A stretch of 64,000 bases of DNA from Bacillota bacterium. GTDB lineage: Bacteria; Bacillota; Clostridia; Saccharofermentanales; DTU023. The stretch lies in NCBI GenBank assembly GCA_029570375.1, contig JAKPXB010000049.1, positions 25,046 through 89,045 of the forward strand, given 5' to 3'. A program made the translations under genes and the position numbers. A model generated the notes under the pieces. The model was not told the origin of the DNA. It saw only the letters and a list, made by a program, of their open reading frames with translations, and searched no databases. How positions within the stretch are numbered: position 1 is the stretch's first letter; every line of letters begins with the position of its first letter. Shown here piece by piece: positions 27,216 to 36,544 of the stretch.

Positions 27216-28439
27216 CTAGGATAAATCGCTCTCATCGAAAACGGGATCGATGATGGCCGTAGAGATCCTGCCGAGCACGCGTTCAACAATCGACGGGATG
27301 TCCAGGCGGGCTTCCGCCCGCTCCGCGTCTTCGAGCGAAGGATGCGTCTTCGGATGCTTCGAGACAAAGACCGTGCAGCAGTCATCGTAAGGAAGAATAG
27401 ACGTTTCAAAAGTGCCAATGCTCCGGGCGATCGAGATCGTATCGTTTTTGTCAAGACCGATCAACGGCCGGAAAACGGGAAGTTCCGCGACGGAATCTGT
27501 CGCCATGAGCGCTTCCATCGTCTGGCTCGCGACCTGGCCGAGGCTTTCGCCAGTGATGAGCGCTTTCGCATTCCTGCGGCGCGCGAGGCTCTCCGCTACG
27601 CGCATCATCACACGGCGCATGACCACTGTCAGCATGTCCTCGGGTACTTTCTCGTTGAGCTCCAGCTGTGCTTCGGTGAAGTCAACGACATGAAACGCAA
27701 GGCGCCCGGCGTACTGCGCGAGAAGCAAAGCGAGTCCCCTGACTTTGTCAAGGGCCTGCTGGCTCGTATAGGGAAACGTATGGAAATAGACTGTTTCGAG
27801 CATCATCCCGCGCGAAGCCATCATATAACCGGCGACAGGGCTGTCAATGCCGCCGGATAACAACAGCATGCCCCTCCCGCTCATGCCGACGGGAAGCCCC
27901 GCCCGGCCGGGGATCCTGTCGTGATAGAGGTAAATCTTCTCTCTGATCTCCACGTTGAAAACAATATCGGGGTTTTCCATCTTCACCGCCAACCGGTCAG
28001 GAAACAGATCGAGAAGGAGCGCCCCGAGCTCACAGCTCACTTCGTAGGAAGAAAGCGGGAAAAGCTTGTTCACACGCTTCGTTTCAAATTTGAATGTCTT
28101 CTCCCCTTTTCCCCTGAGAACCGCCGATGCGTAATCTTTTACAACGCTCGTAAGACAGGCCCACTCCGGTTCAAATTCCAGCGCGCGGCTGATTGACACG
28201 ACCCCAAACACAAACGAAAGGCGCCGGGCGGCTTCATCCATCGGCGGGTTCCCGGAAAGCGCGCGGATCCAGATACGCGACTGACTCTGCTCAACCGAGA
28301 ACTCCCCGAGGTCTTTGATACGTCTCTTCATATTGACGATAAGCCGGGCGATAAATTTTCCTCTGTTAAGACCTTTCAGCGTGATCTCGCCGAGTCTCAC
28401 CAGAAGCACTTCGCTTACTGTGACAGTGCCGTTGATCAT
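27216..28439 (-). CDS. thiI: tRNA 4-thiouridine synthase ThiI
   Basis: THUMP-type N-terminus (LVRLGEITLKGLNR) and PP-loop LLLSGGIDSPVAGY. Confidence 0.9.
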   Translation of the reverse strand: MINGTVTVSEVLLVRLGEITLKGLNRGKFIARLIVNMKRRIKDLGEFSVEQSQSRIWIRALSGNPPMDEAARRLSFVFGVVSISRALEFEPEWACLTSVVKDYASAVLRGKGEKTFKFETKRVNKLFPLSSYEVSCELGALLLDLFPDRLAVKMENPDIVFNVEIREKIYLYHDRIPGRAGLPVGMSGRGMLLLSGGIDSPVAGYMMASRGMMLETVYFHTFPYTSQQALDKVRGLALLLAQYAGRLAFHVVDFTEAQLELNEKVPEDMLTVVMRRVMMRVAESLARRRNAKALITGESLGQVASQTMEALMATDSVAELPVFRPLIGLDKNDTISIARSIGTFETSILPYDDCCTVFVSKHPKTHPSLEDAERAEARLDIPSIVERVLGRISTAIIDPVFDESDLS

Positions 28440-28457
28440 GCAAACTCCATTTCAGAT

Positions 28458-29627
28458 TCAAATGGACGCGTAGCGCCCGTAGTTATCAGCTAAGCGCGAC
28501 GCCAGATGCCTGACGTCGCTGTCTGTATGGTGTGGCGCGAAACTGATGCGGACGGCTGATAGGATCGCCTGTTTATCAAGTCCCATCGCCGCAAGCACAT
28601 GGTTCTCTCCCGCGCGTTTCGAACCGCACGCCGACCCGGTCGACAGGTAGACGCCCTCGGCGGATAAGGCGTTCAGCATCGTCTCGCCGCGTATTCCGGG
28701 GAACGCGATAGACAGTACATAGGGTGATCCACCATCCGGCGAAATCACACGGTGCGGGACGCCGCGCGCGGCTATCTCGCGCAGGAACAGGTGATGCATC
28801 GCCAGGACGTGCTCCCTCTCCGCCTCGAGTCGTTCGCTGTGGAACCGGAGCGCAAGGGCGAGAGCCATAGCTCCCGGCGCGTTTACCGTTCCCGATCGGA
28901 AATTATGCTGCTGCCCGCCGCCGTGGATAATCGGGGACAAAGCGGCCCCTTTGCGTTTGAGGAGAACACCGGTGCCTTTGGGCGCGCCGAATTTGTGACC
29001 GGAAAGCGACGCGAAATCGAATCCGGAGCGCCTGAAAGAGAACGGCATTTTCCCGCACACCTGGACAATATCCCCGTGCGTGACAGCCTGGGGGGCGCGT
29101 TCGCGTACAAGCGGCAATAAGAGGCCGCAGTCGTTGACCGCCCCGGTCTCGTTGCTGGCGACGATGAGGCTGATAAGCCCGCAGGGAGCCTTCTCAAGCG
29201 CTTGAATGAACGCGTCGGTGTCGGCTGTTCCTTCCGGTGTCAGCGGTACGAAATCGATCTCGTATCCTTCGTCATCCCGGAGGACTTTAAACGTCTCGAT
29301 GACCGCGTCGTGTTCACCGGCTGTCGTAACCGCGCGCCTGGGACGGCGGTTATTTCTCCGGCTGGCGCCGAGAAGCGCCAGATTGATCGACTCCGTCCCG
29401 CCTGATGTAAAGATGATCTCCTCCGCGGAACAGTCAAGGCAGCGGGCGATGATTCTTTTTGCCTCATCGACCTGGTGGAGCGCGCGCAAACCGCCCGCGT
29501 GTGTCGACGACGGGTTATTGCCTTGTTCTCCGAGCATGCGGACATATTCAGTCAGCACTTCGGGGAGTACCGGCGAAGTGGCGGTCGTGTCAAAATCGTA
29601 AATCAAAACAGAATCAGTTGATCTCAA
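28458..29627 (-). CDS. Cysteine desulfurase (class V aminotransferase, ThiI partner)
   Basis: PLP-Lys context LSGHKFGAPKGTG and active-site loop STGSACGS. TTG start that overlaps the GntR gene by 14 nt. Confidence 0.85.
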   Translation of the reverse strand: MRSTDSVLIYDFDTTATSPVLPEVLTEYVRMLGEQGNNPSSTHAGGLRALHQVDEAKRIIARCLDCSAEEIIFTSGGTESINLALLGASRRNNRRPRRAVTTAGEHDAVIETFKVLRDDEGYEIDFVPLTPEGTADTDAFIQALEKAPCGLISLIVASNETGAVNDCGLLLPLVRERAPQAVTHGDIVQVCGKMPFSFRRSGFDFASLSGHKFGAPKGTGVLLKRKGAALSPIIHGGGQQHNFRSGTVNAPGAMALALALRFHSERLEAEREHVLAMHHLFLREIAARGVPHRVISPDGGSPYVLSIAFPGIRGETMLNALSAEGVYLSTGSACGSKRAGENHVLAAMGLDKQAILSAVRISFAPHHTDSDVRHLASRLADNYGRYASI

Positions 29628-30339
29628 GCTTCAAAAGATCAGAGCGAAGCGCGGTGCGGATATACTCGCAGACACTCCCGCTGCGACCGTAGAGCTGCCC
29701 CGCCGCGGCGAGCACAATTGTTCTTTTCGGTATCTCAAGGAGCGACGCTTCTCTGTTCCTCGCCGGTCTGGCAAAAAGCTGAACACTCCCCTTGACAGGC
29801 AGAAACGCGTATTTATTGCTCTTAATGTCAATCATGCGCTTCCCCGAAGCGATGTTTTGTCCAAGATCGGGAAAAACCTGGGCAGAGACATACGACGTGC
29901 AGAAGCCAAACGTGCGGCCATTAAACATGACCGGCCATTGCAGCATCCAGTAGCCCGGGTGTTTGCTGTCGGGAATCTTGAACGCCGCGTCCAATTCGGG
30001 ATCAGGTTCGACATGCTGAACAGGCTGAAGACCGATATCCTCATAGGAGGTCAGATTGAGAAAGCTGAACGTCAGCGCGTTGAAATGAGGAATCATCAGC
30101 CTTTCCGGTTCAACAGAGACAAAGGTGCCTCTTCCCTTCTGAATCTCAAGGATGCCGTCCGAAACGAGTTCCGAAATCGCCTGCCTGACAGTGGGGCGTG
30201 ACAGATCGAGTTCTTCGCAGAGCGTCATCTCAGAAGGAATACGCTCTCCCTGTTTGTAAATGTCATCCTGAATACGCTCAACAATCAGTTCGCGAAGCTG
30301 TGCGTACAGCGGAACACTGCTATGGCGGTCTAATTTCAT
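29614..30339 (-). CDS. GntR/HutC-family transcriptional regulator (wHTH + UTRA)
   Basis: PLYAQLRELIVERIQDDIYKQGERIPSEMTLCEELDLSRPTVRQAISELVSDGILEIQKGRGTFV. A GGAGGAGG RBS is present. Confidence 0.85.
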   Translation of the reverse strand: MKLDRHSSVPLYAQLRELIVERIQDDIYKQGERIPSEMTLCEELDLSRPTVRQAISELVSDGILEIQKGRGTFVSVEPERLMIPHFNALTFSFLNLTSYEDIGLQPVQHVEPDPELDAAFKIPDSKHPGYWMLQWPVMFNGRTFGFCTSYVSAQVFPDLGQNIASGKRMIDIKSNKYAFLPVKGSVQLFARPARNREASLLEIPKRTIVLAAAGQLYGRSGSVCEYIRTALRSDLLKLEIN

Positions 30340-30472
30340 CCTCGTTGCCTCCTCCTAACTGATGCTAACATCATATCATAGAGACCATTGAAAACAAACA
30401 GAAACAGGCTGATTATTCAAGATGTCATGACGAGCGACGCGTTTCCTGCGGCGATACCCTAAGAAGTCATGT

Positions 30473-31510
30473 TCACTCAATCGGAGTATAGTGAATACAG
30501 GCTGTCCTGCCGGACTCGTCCATATCCACGGCGGCGAACCAGAACTCCACGGGAGTTTCGGTGAGACTGTTCGCCTGCAGCCAAGCTTCGGCGACACGCC
30601 GGATGCGCCCTGCCTGATCAGACCGCAGCGAACCATCCGCTCCGCCGAAAACGCTCGTGGAAGGCCCCCGCCCTTTACATTCGACGATAGAAATAACACC
30701 CCGGTGGCTCGTGATAAAATCGACTTCTCCGATCCGGTGAATCGCATAGCGGTGTTCGAGAATCGTGTGTCCTTTCGCGATTAGATCCTCCGCCACTCTA
30801 CACTCAATGTATTTTCCGCGGTCAAAAGAAGTCATCTTCTCCTTCCGGTCTTCGAGGATACTTCCGATAAAACTCGCGCGATGGATCGGACACGGTCCAT
30901 ATCGGCGGAGCGCCTCCATGTGTTCTTTCGTCCCGTAACCCTTGTGAGACGAAAAACCGTAGACAGGATAGACAGTATCCCAGCTTTTCATCATCGCGTC
31001 ACGCGTGACCTTCGCGAGGACAGATGCCGCCGCGATCGCGTTGCAGCGCGCGTCGCCGTGAATCTCAGCGATAACGGGATAATCGAATCCTTCCAGCGCG
31101 ACGGCGTCGATCAGGGCGGCGTCCGGTTTTTCCCGGAGGCCCCGCAGTGCCTGTCTCATCGCCTCCTTAGTCGCCTCAAGGATATTGAAACGGTCAATAT
31201 CCAGGTTCGTCACCATCGCGACCGACCACGCCCGCGCGCGGTCCCGTATCTCATGGAAGAGCGCTTCTCTGCGCTTTTCAGTCATTTTCTTTGAATCGTT
31301 CAGTCCGTAGAACGCCTCGCCTTCGGGGAGTATGCAGGCAGCGGCGACGACAGGTCCGGCCAGAGGGCCGCGGCCGGCTTCATCGACGCCGGCGATCAGA
31401 TGAAAGCCGTCGTCGCGGAGCGCCGCCTCCATCTGAGACATCTCGGCGAAACGATCGATATCGCGCTGCGTGATTCGTATTGGTGGTCTGGGAATCGCGT
31501 CACTCAGCAT
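30473..31510 (-). CDS. rnhB: RNase HII fused in frame to a YraN (UPF0102) endonuclease-like domain
   Basis: RNase HII motifs AGVDEAGRGPLAGPVV, LNDSKK and SSHKGYGT are followed, with no stop codon, by the YraN-like sequence GKYIECRVAEDLIAKGHTILEHRY...GEVDFI...IVECKGR. The ATG at 31510 overlaps the rbgA stop (ATGCTGA). Confidence 0.85.
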   Translation of the reverse strand: MLSDAIPRPPIRITQRDIDRFAEMSQMEAALRDDGFHLIAGVDEAGRGPLAGPVVAAACILPEGEAFYGLNDSKKMTEKRREALFHEIRDRARAWSVAMVTNLDIDRFNILEATKEAMRQALRGLREKPDAALIDAVALEGFDYPVIAEIHGDARCNAIAAASVLAKVTRDAMMKSWDTVYPVYGFSSHKGYGTKEHMEALRRYGPCPIHRASFIGSILEDRKEKMTSFDRGKYIECRVAEDLIAKGHTILEHRYAIHRIGEVDFITSHRGVISIVECKGRGPSTSVFGGADGSLRSDQAGRIRRVAEAWLQANSLTETPVEFWFAAVDMDESGRTACIHYTPIE

Positions 31511-32463
31511 GGCCGGTTCTCGCCTTCCGCGGATCGGGGAGGCGCCGCGTCCCCTTCTGTTTTCAGGCCGGGACTTTCCGCTTCTTCGTCCGCGGGACAC
31601 GGAGGCCACTCGAGCGTGATACGCCCGATTTTTCCGGTCCGGAAGTCGTCGAGCAGCATGGACGCGAACCGCACCCGGTCAGGCCGTCCTTCCCCGCTGA
31701 TGCAGCCCATGCGCACCGCCATCCCGTCGTATACAGCGGACGCGTTTCCCGATGCCGTTTCCGGCGTTCCGTACCGGGCGGCCATCTTATCATAGTAATC
31801 TGCCCAGAGGCGCCGGGAAAGCCTCCCGGCGACTTCTTCGAGCGGCAGAATCGAGTCGCGGATCGCCCCTGTCGCCGCAAGCCCCAGCGCCTCGTCAGGA
31901 TTTGCCATCTTATGCGGAAGAATGCCGGGTGTATCCAGCAGGTGAAGGGCGGTACCCGACCGGAGCCAGTTGAGCTGCCGCGTCACACCTGGCCTTGATT
32001 CGACGGCGGCTGACTTGCGGCCAACCAGCTGATTGATGACTGTGGACTTGCCGGTATTGGGGATACCGACCACGAGAAGGCGCAGCGGGCGCGCGATTCT
32101 TCCCTGGCGCCTGGCTTTGTCCAGGAGCGGCCGGTGATAATGGATCAGCCGCCTGCGGATGAGCCGGATATCCGCATCCTCGCGCAGATCGCAGACCACG
32201 GCCGGTATTTTCTTTTCCAGATAGTATTCGAGCCACCGGCGGCTCGCCTCCGGATCCGCGAGATCGGCGTGCGACAGGAGGAGCAGATAAGGTTTCTCCG
32301 GTTCAAACGCCAGGTAGAGGGGGTTGCGGCTCGCGACCGGAATGCGCGCGTCAGCGACCTCAAGGACGGCGTCGATATGCCGCCACACTTTTTCGATTTC
32401 GCGTGCGGCGCCGGCCATATGTCCCGGATACCAGTGGATCTGTTTGCGCTCTCCGGATGCCAT
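31504..32463 (-). CDS. rbgA: Ribosome biogenesis GTPase A (RbgA/YlqF)
   Basis: IHWYPGHMAGAAREI and circularly permuted GTPase motifs (VVGIPNTGKSTVIN, LLDTPG). An AGGAGG RBS is present. Confidence 0.9.
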   Translation of the reverse strand: MASGERKQIHWYPGHMAGAAREIEKVWRHIDAVLEVADARIPVASRNPLYLAFEPEKPYLLLLSHADLADPEASRRWLEYYLEKKIPAVVCDLREDADIRLIRRRLIHYHRPLLDKARRQGRIARPLRLLVVGIPNTGKSTVINQLVGRKSAAVESRPGVTRQLNWLRSGTALHLLDTPGILPHKMANPDEALGLAATGAIRDSILPLEEVAGRLSRRLWADYYDKMAARYGTPETASGNASAVYDGMAVRMGCISGEGRPDRVRFASMLLDDFRTGKIGRITLEWPPCPADEEAESPGLKTEGDAAPPRSAEGENRPC

Positions 32464-32590
32464 CAGAATGCCTCCTTCTGTTGTTTTGAGACAGCGCTGC
32501 CAATCACCAGTATACGACAGTTGGGCAGCCGTGTCGCCGCTGAGACGGCCATCCTGTCCGGAAGCCGAGGGAACCGCCCTGAAATCCCGG

Positions 32591-32618
32591 GAAAAGAAAG
32601 AACGGCCACCGGCCGTCC
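32591..32618 (-). terminator. Terminator-like hairpin downstream of rplS
   Basis: On the minus strand, GGACGGCC-GGT-GGCCGTTC is followed by TTTCTTTTC. It lies 53 nt after the rplS stop. Confidence 0.55.
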
Positions 32619-32670
32619 ATTCTCTGCAGGCTGACCCTTAACGCCGCCTGTAAACTCCGCCAAGCACGCG

Positions 32671-33024
32671 CTACTTCTTGGCAGGAAGCTTCTCGCGCAC
32701 GCGGGCCGCTTTTCCGACGCGATCGCGAAGATAGAACAGCTTCGCTCTGCGGACACGGCCTTTGCGCAGGATCTCGATCTTCGCTACTTTGGGCGAGTGA
32801 ACCGGGATTACGCGCTCCACACCGACGCCATAGGCGACGCGGCGCAGCGTCACTGTCTCATTGAGTCCATGTCCCTTGCGTCCGATCACTGTTCCCTCAA
32901 AAACCTGAATTCTTTCACGGGAACCTTCGGTGATCCTGAGATGAACATTGACGCGGTCACCGATCTCGACATTTTTGTACTGATCGCGCAGGTGTGGCTG
33001 CTCAACCGCTTTAATGTAGTCCAT
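32671..33024 (-). CDS. rplS: 50S ribosomal protein L19
   Basis: [38 protein letters not shown] took the start at ATG 33024 with an AAAGGAGG RBS. Confidence 0.95.
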   Translation of the reverse strand: MDYIKAVEQPHLRDQYKNVEIGDRVNVHLRITEGSRERIQVFEGTVIGRKGHGLNETVTLRRVAYGVGVERVIPVHSPKVAKIEILRKGRVRRAKLFYLRDRVGKAARVREKLPAKK

Positions 33025-33102
33025 ATTGCGTACCTCCTTTAAATATTCACCGGATGTTCTTGCACGCAATTGCAGCGGACCACCCGTTCTAAAACCTTAT
33101 GC

Positions 33103-33131
33103 ATTGTAGCAGAAACGGGAAACGGCGACAA
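33103..33131 (-). promoter_or_regulatory. rplS promoter TTGTCG-17 nt-(TGc)TACAAT
   Basis: The minus strand reads cTTGTCGccgtttcccgtttcTGcTACAATgc, an extended -10. It gives a 5' UTR of about 70 nt. Confidence 0.6.
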
Positions 33132-33143
33132 GTGCCATTTCCG

Positions 33144-33184
33144 CGGCACAGAGGTAACTTTAATTGCAACCGGCACAGAGGTAA
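33144..33184. repeat. Two identical 14-mers CGGCACAGAGGTAA (27-nt period) upstream of the rplS promoter
   Basis: Read directly: 33144-33157 and 33171-33184. Confidence 0.9.
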
Positions 33185-33214
33185 TGGCTTTATTCGGTGT
33201 GGTTGCGACAAAAG

Positions 33215-34063
33215 TCACTCTTTGACAGATGAATGCTCTGTTTCGAGCCTCCTGGCCGCTGATTCCCAGAGGCCGCGGTCGATCGACAAACCTTCGAGAA
33301 GCCGCGGTTTTTTCCGCAGTGTTTCAATAAGACGCGAGATTTCGCGTTCCCGGTCGATCGCCGCCTGATCCCCCGACAGCAATACTTCCGGGACAGCGCG
33401 TCGTCGCCATTCACGCGGACGCGTGTACTGCGGCCATTCCAGAAGGCCGTTGGAGAACGATTCGATCTGCCAGGCTTCCTGATCCGGGAGAACGCCGGGG
33501 ATCATCCGCGCGACAGCGTCGATGATAACAGCGGCCGCGAGCTCTCCGCCTGTCAGAACAAAATCTCCCAGAGAGACTTCCTCCGCGCCGATCTCCTCGA
33601 TGACACGCGCGTCCACCCCCTCATAATGGCCGCAGATAAAGATCACATGCGTCTCTTTCGAAAGTTCCCGCGCCATCGTCTGGTCGAAAGTCTTCCCGGC
33701 GGGCGAAAGGAAAATGGTGCGGGGCGGACGATGCCGCTCCAGCGCGTCTTTGGCCTGTGCCGGCCTTCCCGCGGCGGAACTGCCGCGCTCCACCCCGGCA
33801 ATGGATGCCGCTTCCGCTCCCTCGTCCTCCGTTTGTCGTGCGACAGAGAGCCACGCGTCATAGACAGGATCGCACATCATCACCATGCCGCGGCCGCCCC
33901 CGAACGGGGCATCATCCACCTGACCGTACGCGTTGACAGCAAAATCGCGAATCTGGACGAGATCGAGCGCTATCAGCCGCTGCTGAATCGCACGGCCGGT
34001 AATGCTGTAGCTGAGCGCACCCAGTACCTGCTCCGGAAAAAGGGAAAGAATCGAAAACTTCAC
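33215..34063 (-). CDS. trmD: tRNA (guanine37-N1)-methyltransferase TrmD
   Basis: ILSLFPE, DDAPFGGGRGMVM, ICGHYEGVDARV, LGDFVLTGGE. GTG start with a GGAGG RBS. Confidence 0.9.
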   Translation of the reverse strand: MKFSILSLFPEQVLGALSYSITGRAIQQRLIALDLVQIRDFAVNAYGQVDDAPFGGGRGMVMMCDPVYDAWLSVARQTEDEGAEAASIAGVERGSSAAGRPAQAKDALERHRPPRTIFLSPAGKTFDQTMARELSKETHVIFICGHYEGVDARVIEEIGAEEVSLGDFVLTGGELAAAVIIDAVARMIPGVLPDQEAWQIESFSNGLLEWPQYTRPREWRRRAVPEVLLSGDQAAIDREREISRLIETLRKKPRLLEGLSIDRGLWESAARRLETEHSSVKE

Positions 34064-34097
34064 CGTGGCCTCCGTGCCTGAATAACCGCCGCTGCCC

Positions 34098-34643
34098 TCA
34101 ATCGGGCACCTTTCGGTACAGCTCGTAGAGTCCTTCAGGCAGTTCGACAGAAATGGTCCCGACGTCGAGATCGATATGGCGGATGACCGATTTCAGGAAA
34201 GGAATGAGCACATCGCGCTCACCCTGCCTGCGGACGACGAGGAGCTCCCCGCCTCCGGAACTGATCAGTCCGGTCAGTTCGCCAATATCGCCCCGCACGG
34301 CATCGGACACCCGCGCGCCGATCAGGTCTCCGGTGTAGTATTCATCCACACTCCGCAGCTGAAGGGCGTCCTCCCTGCTGACCGCGAGGTAAGACCCGCA
34401 GCAGCGCTTCGCCGCCTCGCGGTCCTCGCAGCCCTTAATACGGAGCAGAAGACCGGATGGCGTCACGCGGATCCCCGAGAGGATTACCTCTCCGTGCGGC
34501 ATGTGATCCCTGTCCCTGACAAGGAAACACTTCATCCCCTCCGCAAAGCGCGCGTCATCGTCCGTGAGGCTCTTGGCAAAGATTTCCCCGTGTACGCCGT
34601 GCGCGCGCTGCAGAAAAGCGATCAGCAGATAAGGCCGGATCAT
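34098..34643 (-). CDS. rimM: 16S rRNA processing protein RimM
   Basis: AHGVHGEIFAKSLTDD with a PRC-barrel C-terminus. Conserved rpsP-KH-rimM-trmD order. Confidence 0.9.
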   Translation of the reverse strand: MIRPYLLIAFLQRAHGVHGEIFAKSLTDDDARFAEGMKCFLVRDRDHMPHGEVILSGIRVTPSGLLLRIKGCEDREAAKRCCGSYLAVSREDALQLRSVDEYYTGDLIGARVSDAVRGDIGELTGLISSGGGELLVVRRQGERDVLIPFLKSVIRHIDLDVGTISVELPEGLYELYRKVPD

Positions 34644-34870
34644 GAGACGATATCGACGGAGACGCGTTTATTGTCCATCGCGCCTTTTGCCTTCAGGACG
34701 GTGCGGATGGCTTGCGCGCGGCGTCCGCCGCGGCCGATGACCCGTCCGATGTCCTCCGGGTGGGCGTGTACGCTCAGGAGAATATCCTTCCCTTTCACTT
34801 CTTCTTCGATCACGAGATCTTCAGGGTGCTGTACGAGCGGTTCGATCACTGATCTCAATAAGTCTTTCAT
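34640..34870 (-). CDS. KH-domain RNA-binding protein (YlqC-like)
   Basis: DIGRVIGRGGRRAQAIRTVL (GxxG KH motif). The length is 76 aa. It lies between rpsP and rimM. Confidence 0.85.
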   Translation of the reverse strand: MKDLLRSVIEPLVQHPEDLVIEEEVKGKDILLSVHAHPEDIGRVIGRGGRRAQAIRTVLKAKGAMDNKRVSVDIVS

Positions 34871-34874
34871 GGAA

Positions 34875-35120
34875 TTACTCCAGCACGCCGTTGTACTTCA
34901 ACAGCTTCTTAACCGTGTCAGTCGGCTGCGCACCTTTTGTAATCCACTCCTTCACCTTGTCCGCGTCGACCTTAAAAGTCGAGGGCTCCGTATGGGGGTC
35001 GTACGTACCGATCTCTTCAATAAAACGGCCATCACGCGGTGAGCGCGAATCGGCGACCACGACGCGGTAATAAGGCTGCTTTTTCTTTCCGACTCTCTTC
35101 AGTCGAATTTTGACTGCCAT
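34875..35120 (-). CDS. rpsP: 30S ribosomal protein S16
   Basis: [42 protein letters not shown]. Confidence 0.95.
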   Translation of the reverse strand: MAVKIRLKRVGKKKQPYYRVVVADSRSPRDGRFIEEIGTYDPHTEPSTFKVDADKVKEWITKGAQPTDTVKKLLKYNGVLE

Positions 35121-35199
35121 GTTTTTTCCTCCGATATTTTTGTATCTATCTCAACAGTGGTGATGTATCACTGCCGGCATCTTCTTTACGCTCATTATT

Positions 35200-36543
35200 C
35201 TAAAAACCAAAACCGCCAAACGGCGAGCGCCCGCGGCGCTTCTTCTTTCCGCCCAGCATGCCGAACTGCTTCATCATTTTCAGCATGTCGTCGTACTGGC
35301 GGACAACCCGGTTGACATCCTGAACAGTCAGCCCGCTCCCCGCGGCTATGCGGCGGCGGCGCGAGGCGTTCAGCAGCTTCGGATCTTCCCTCTCGCGCAC
35401 AGTCATCGACTGAATGATGGCGCGTGTGCGGATGAGGCCTTTCTCATCAAACTCCATGTCGCCCATTTTTCGGCCGACGCCCGGGATCATCGCGATCATC
35501 TCACGCATCGATCCCATATCCTTGATCTGTTCGAGCTGGTCAAGCATATCCTGCATGGTAAAACGGTTCGCCATGAGGCGGTCTACGGTCTTCCTGGCCT
35601 GCTTCTCATCGAAAGCCTGAGACGCTTTCTCAATCAGCGTCAGCACATCGCCCATCCCGAGGATACGCGAAGCGAGTCTGTCGGGGTGGAAGACTTCAAG
35701 GTCTTCGATCTTCTCGCCTGTCCCGATCATTTTGATCGGCTTCCCCGTCATGCGGCGGATCGACAGCGCCGCGCCGCCGCGCGCGTCGCCGTCAAGTTTT
35801 GTCATGATAAAGCCGTCAAGACCAACTTCACGGTCGAACGCTTCCGCGATGGCAACGGCTTCCTGGCCAATCATCGCGTCGACGATGAGCAGTCTCTCAT
35901 CCGGGCGGACCACCTCATCGATCTCCTTCAGTTCGCGCATCAGTTCGTCGTCGATCGTCATACGGCCGGCCGTATCGACAATCACCGTATCGCACATCAT
36001 GTATTCCGCTCGCGCGCGGCCCTGTTCAGCGATTCTGGCAGCGTTTTTCTCTCCAGGATTGATGAAATACGCCACCCCTGCCTGCTCCGCCAGAACACGC
36101 AGCTGTTCCTGCGCCGCCGGGCGGTGCACGTCGACAGAGACCAGCATCGGCTTCTTACCGCGCTCCTTCAGATACAGACCGAGTTTCGCCGCGGCTGTCG
36201 TTTTTCCCGTTCCCTGCAGCCCGTAGAGCATCATGACGGTAAAGCCGGACGGAGAGACGGTAAGTTTTTCTTCTTTGCCGAGAATATCGATCAGCGATTC
36301 GTGGACAATTTTGACGACCTGCTGTCCGGGCGTCAGGCTTTCCAGAACGTCAGCGCCTTTCGCCTTCTCTTTGATTTCGTCCGTTAAATCTTTGACAACC
36401 TGGTAATTGACATCCGCTTCCAGAAGCGCCAGACGGATCTCGCGCATCATGTCTTTGATGTCTTTCTCCGTCACCCGGCTCTTACCGCGCATCGCGTCCG
36501 CGATATGACTCAACTTCGAACTCAGACTCTCAAAAAGGGCCAT
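35200..36543 (-). CDS. ffh: Signal recognition particle protein Ffh
   Basis: SRP54 NG domain (GLQGTGKTTAAAKL, DTAGR, TKLDGDARGGAALS) and a Met-rich M domain. Confidence 0.95.
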   Translation of the reverse strand: MALFESLSSKLSHIADAMRGKSRVTEKDIKDMMREIRLALLEADVNYQVVKDLTDEIKEKAKGADVLESLTPGQQVVKIVHESLIDILGKEEKLTVSPSGFTVMMLYGLQGTGKTTAAAKLGLYLKERGKKPMLVSVDVHRPAAQEQLRVLAEQAGVAYFINPGEKNAARIAEQGRARAEYMMCDTVIVDTAGRMTIDDELMRELKEIDEVVRPDERLLIVDAMIGQEAVAIAEAFDREVGLDGFIMTKLDGDARGGAALSIRRMTGKPIKMIGTGEKIEDLEVFHPDRLASRILGMGDVLTLIEKASQAFDEKQARKTVDRLMANRFTMQDMLDQLEQIKDMGSMREMIAMIPGVGRKMGDMEFDEKGLIRTRAIIQSMTVREREDPKLLNASRRRRIAAGSGLTVQDVNRVVRQYDDMLKMMKQFGMLGGKKKRRGRSPFGGFGF

Positions 36544-36544
36544 G

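Noticed and set aside
30340-30472. A GntR/HutC operator (GT-N-TA-N-AC type) upstream of the GntR gene.
   Set aside because: There is only a loose match (TGGTCTCTATGA) and no clear palindrome.
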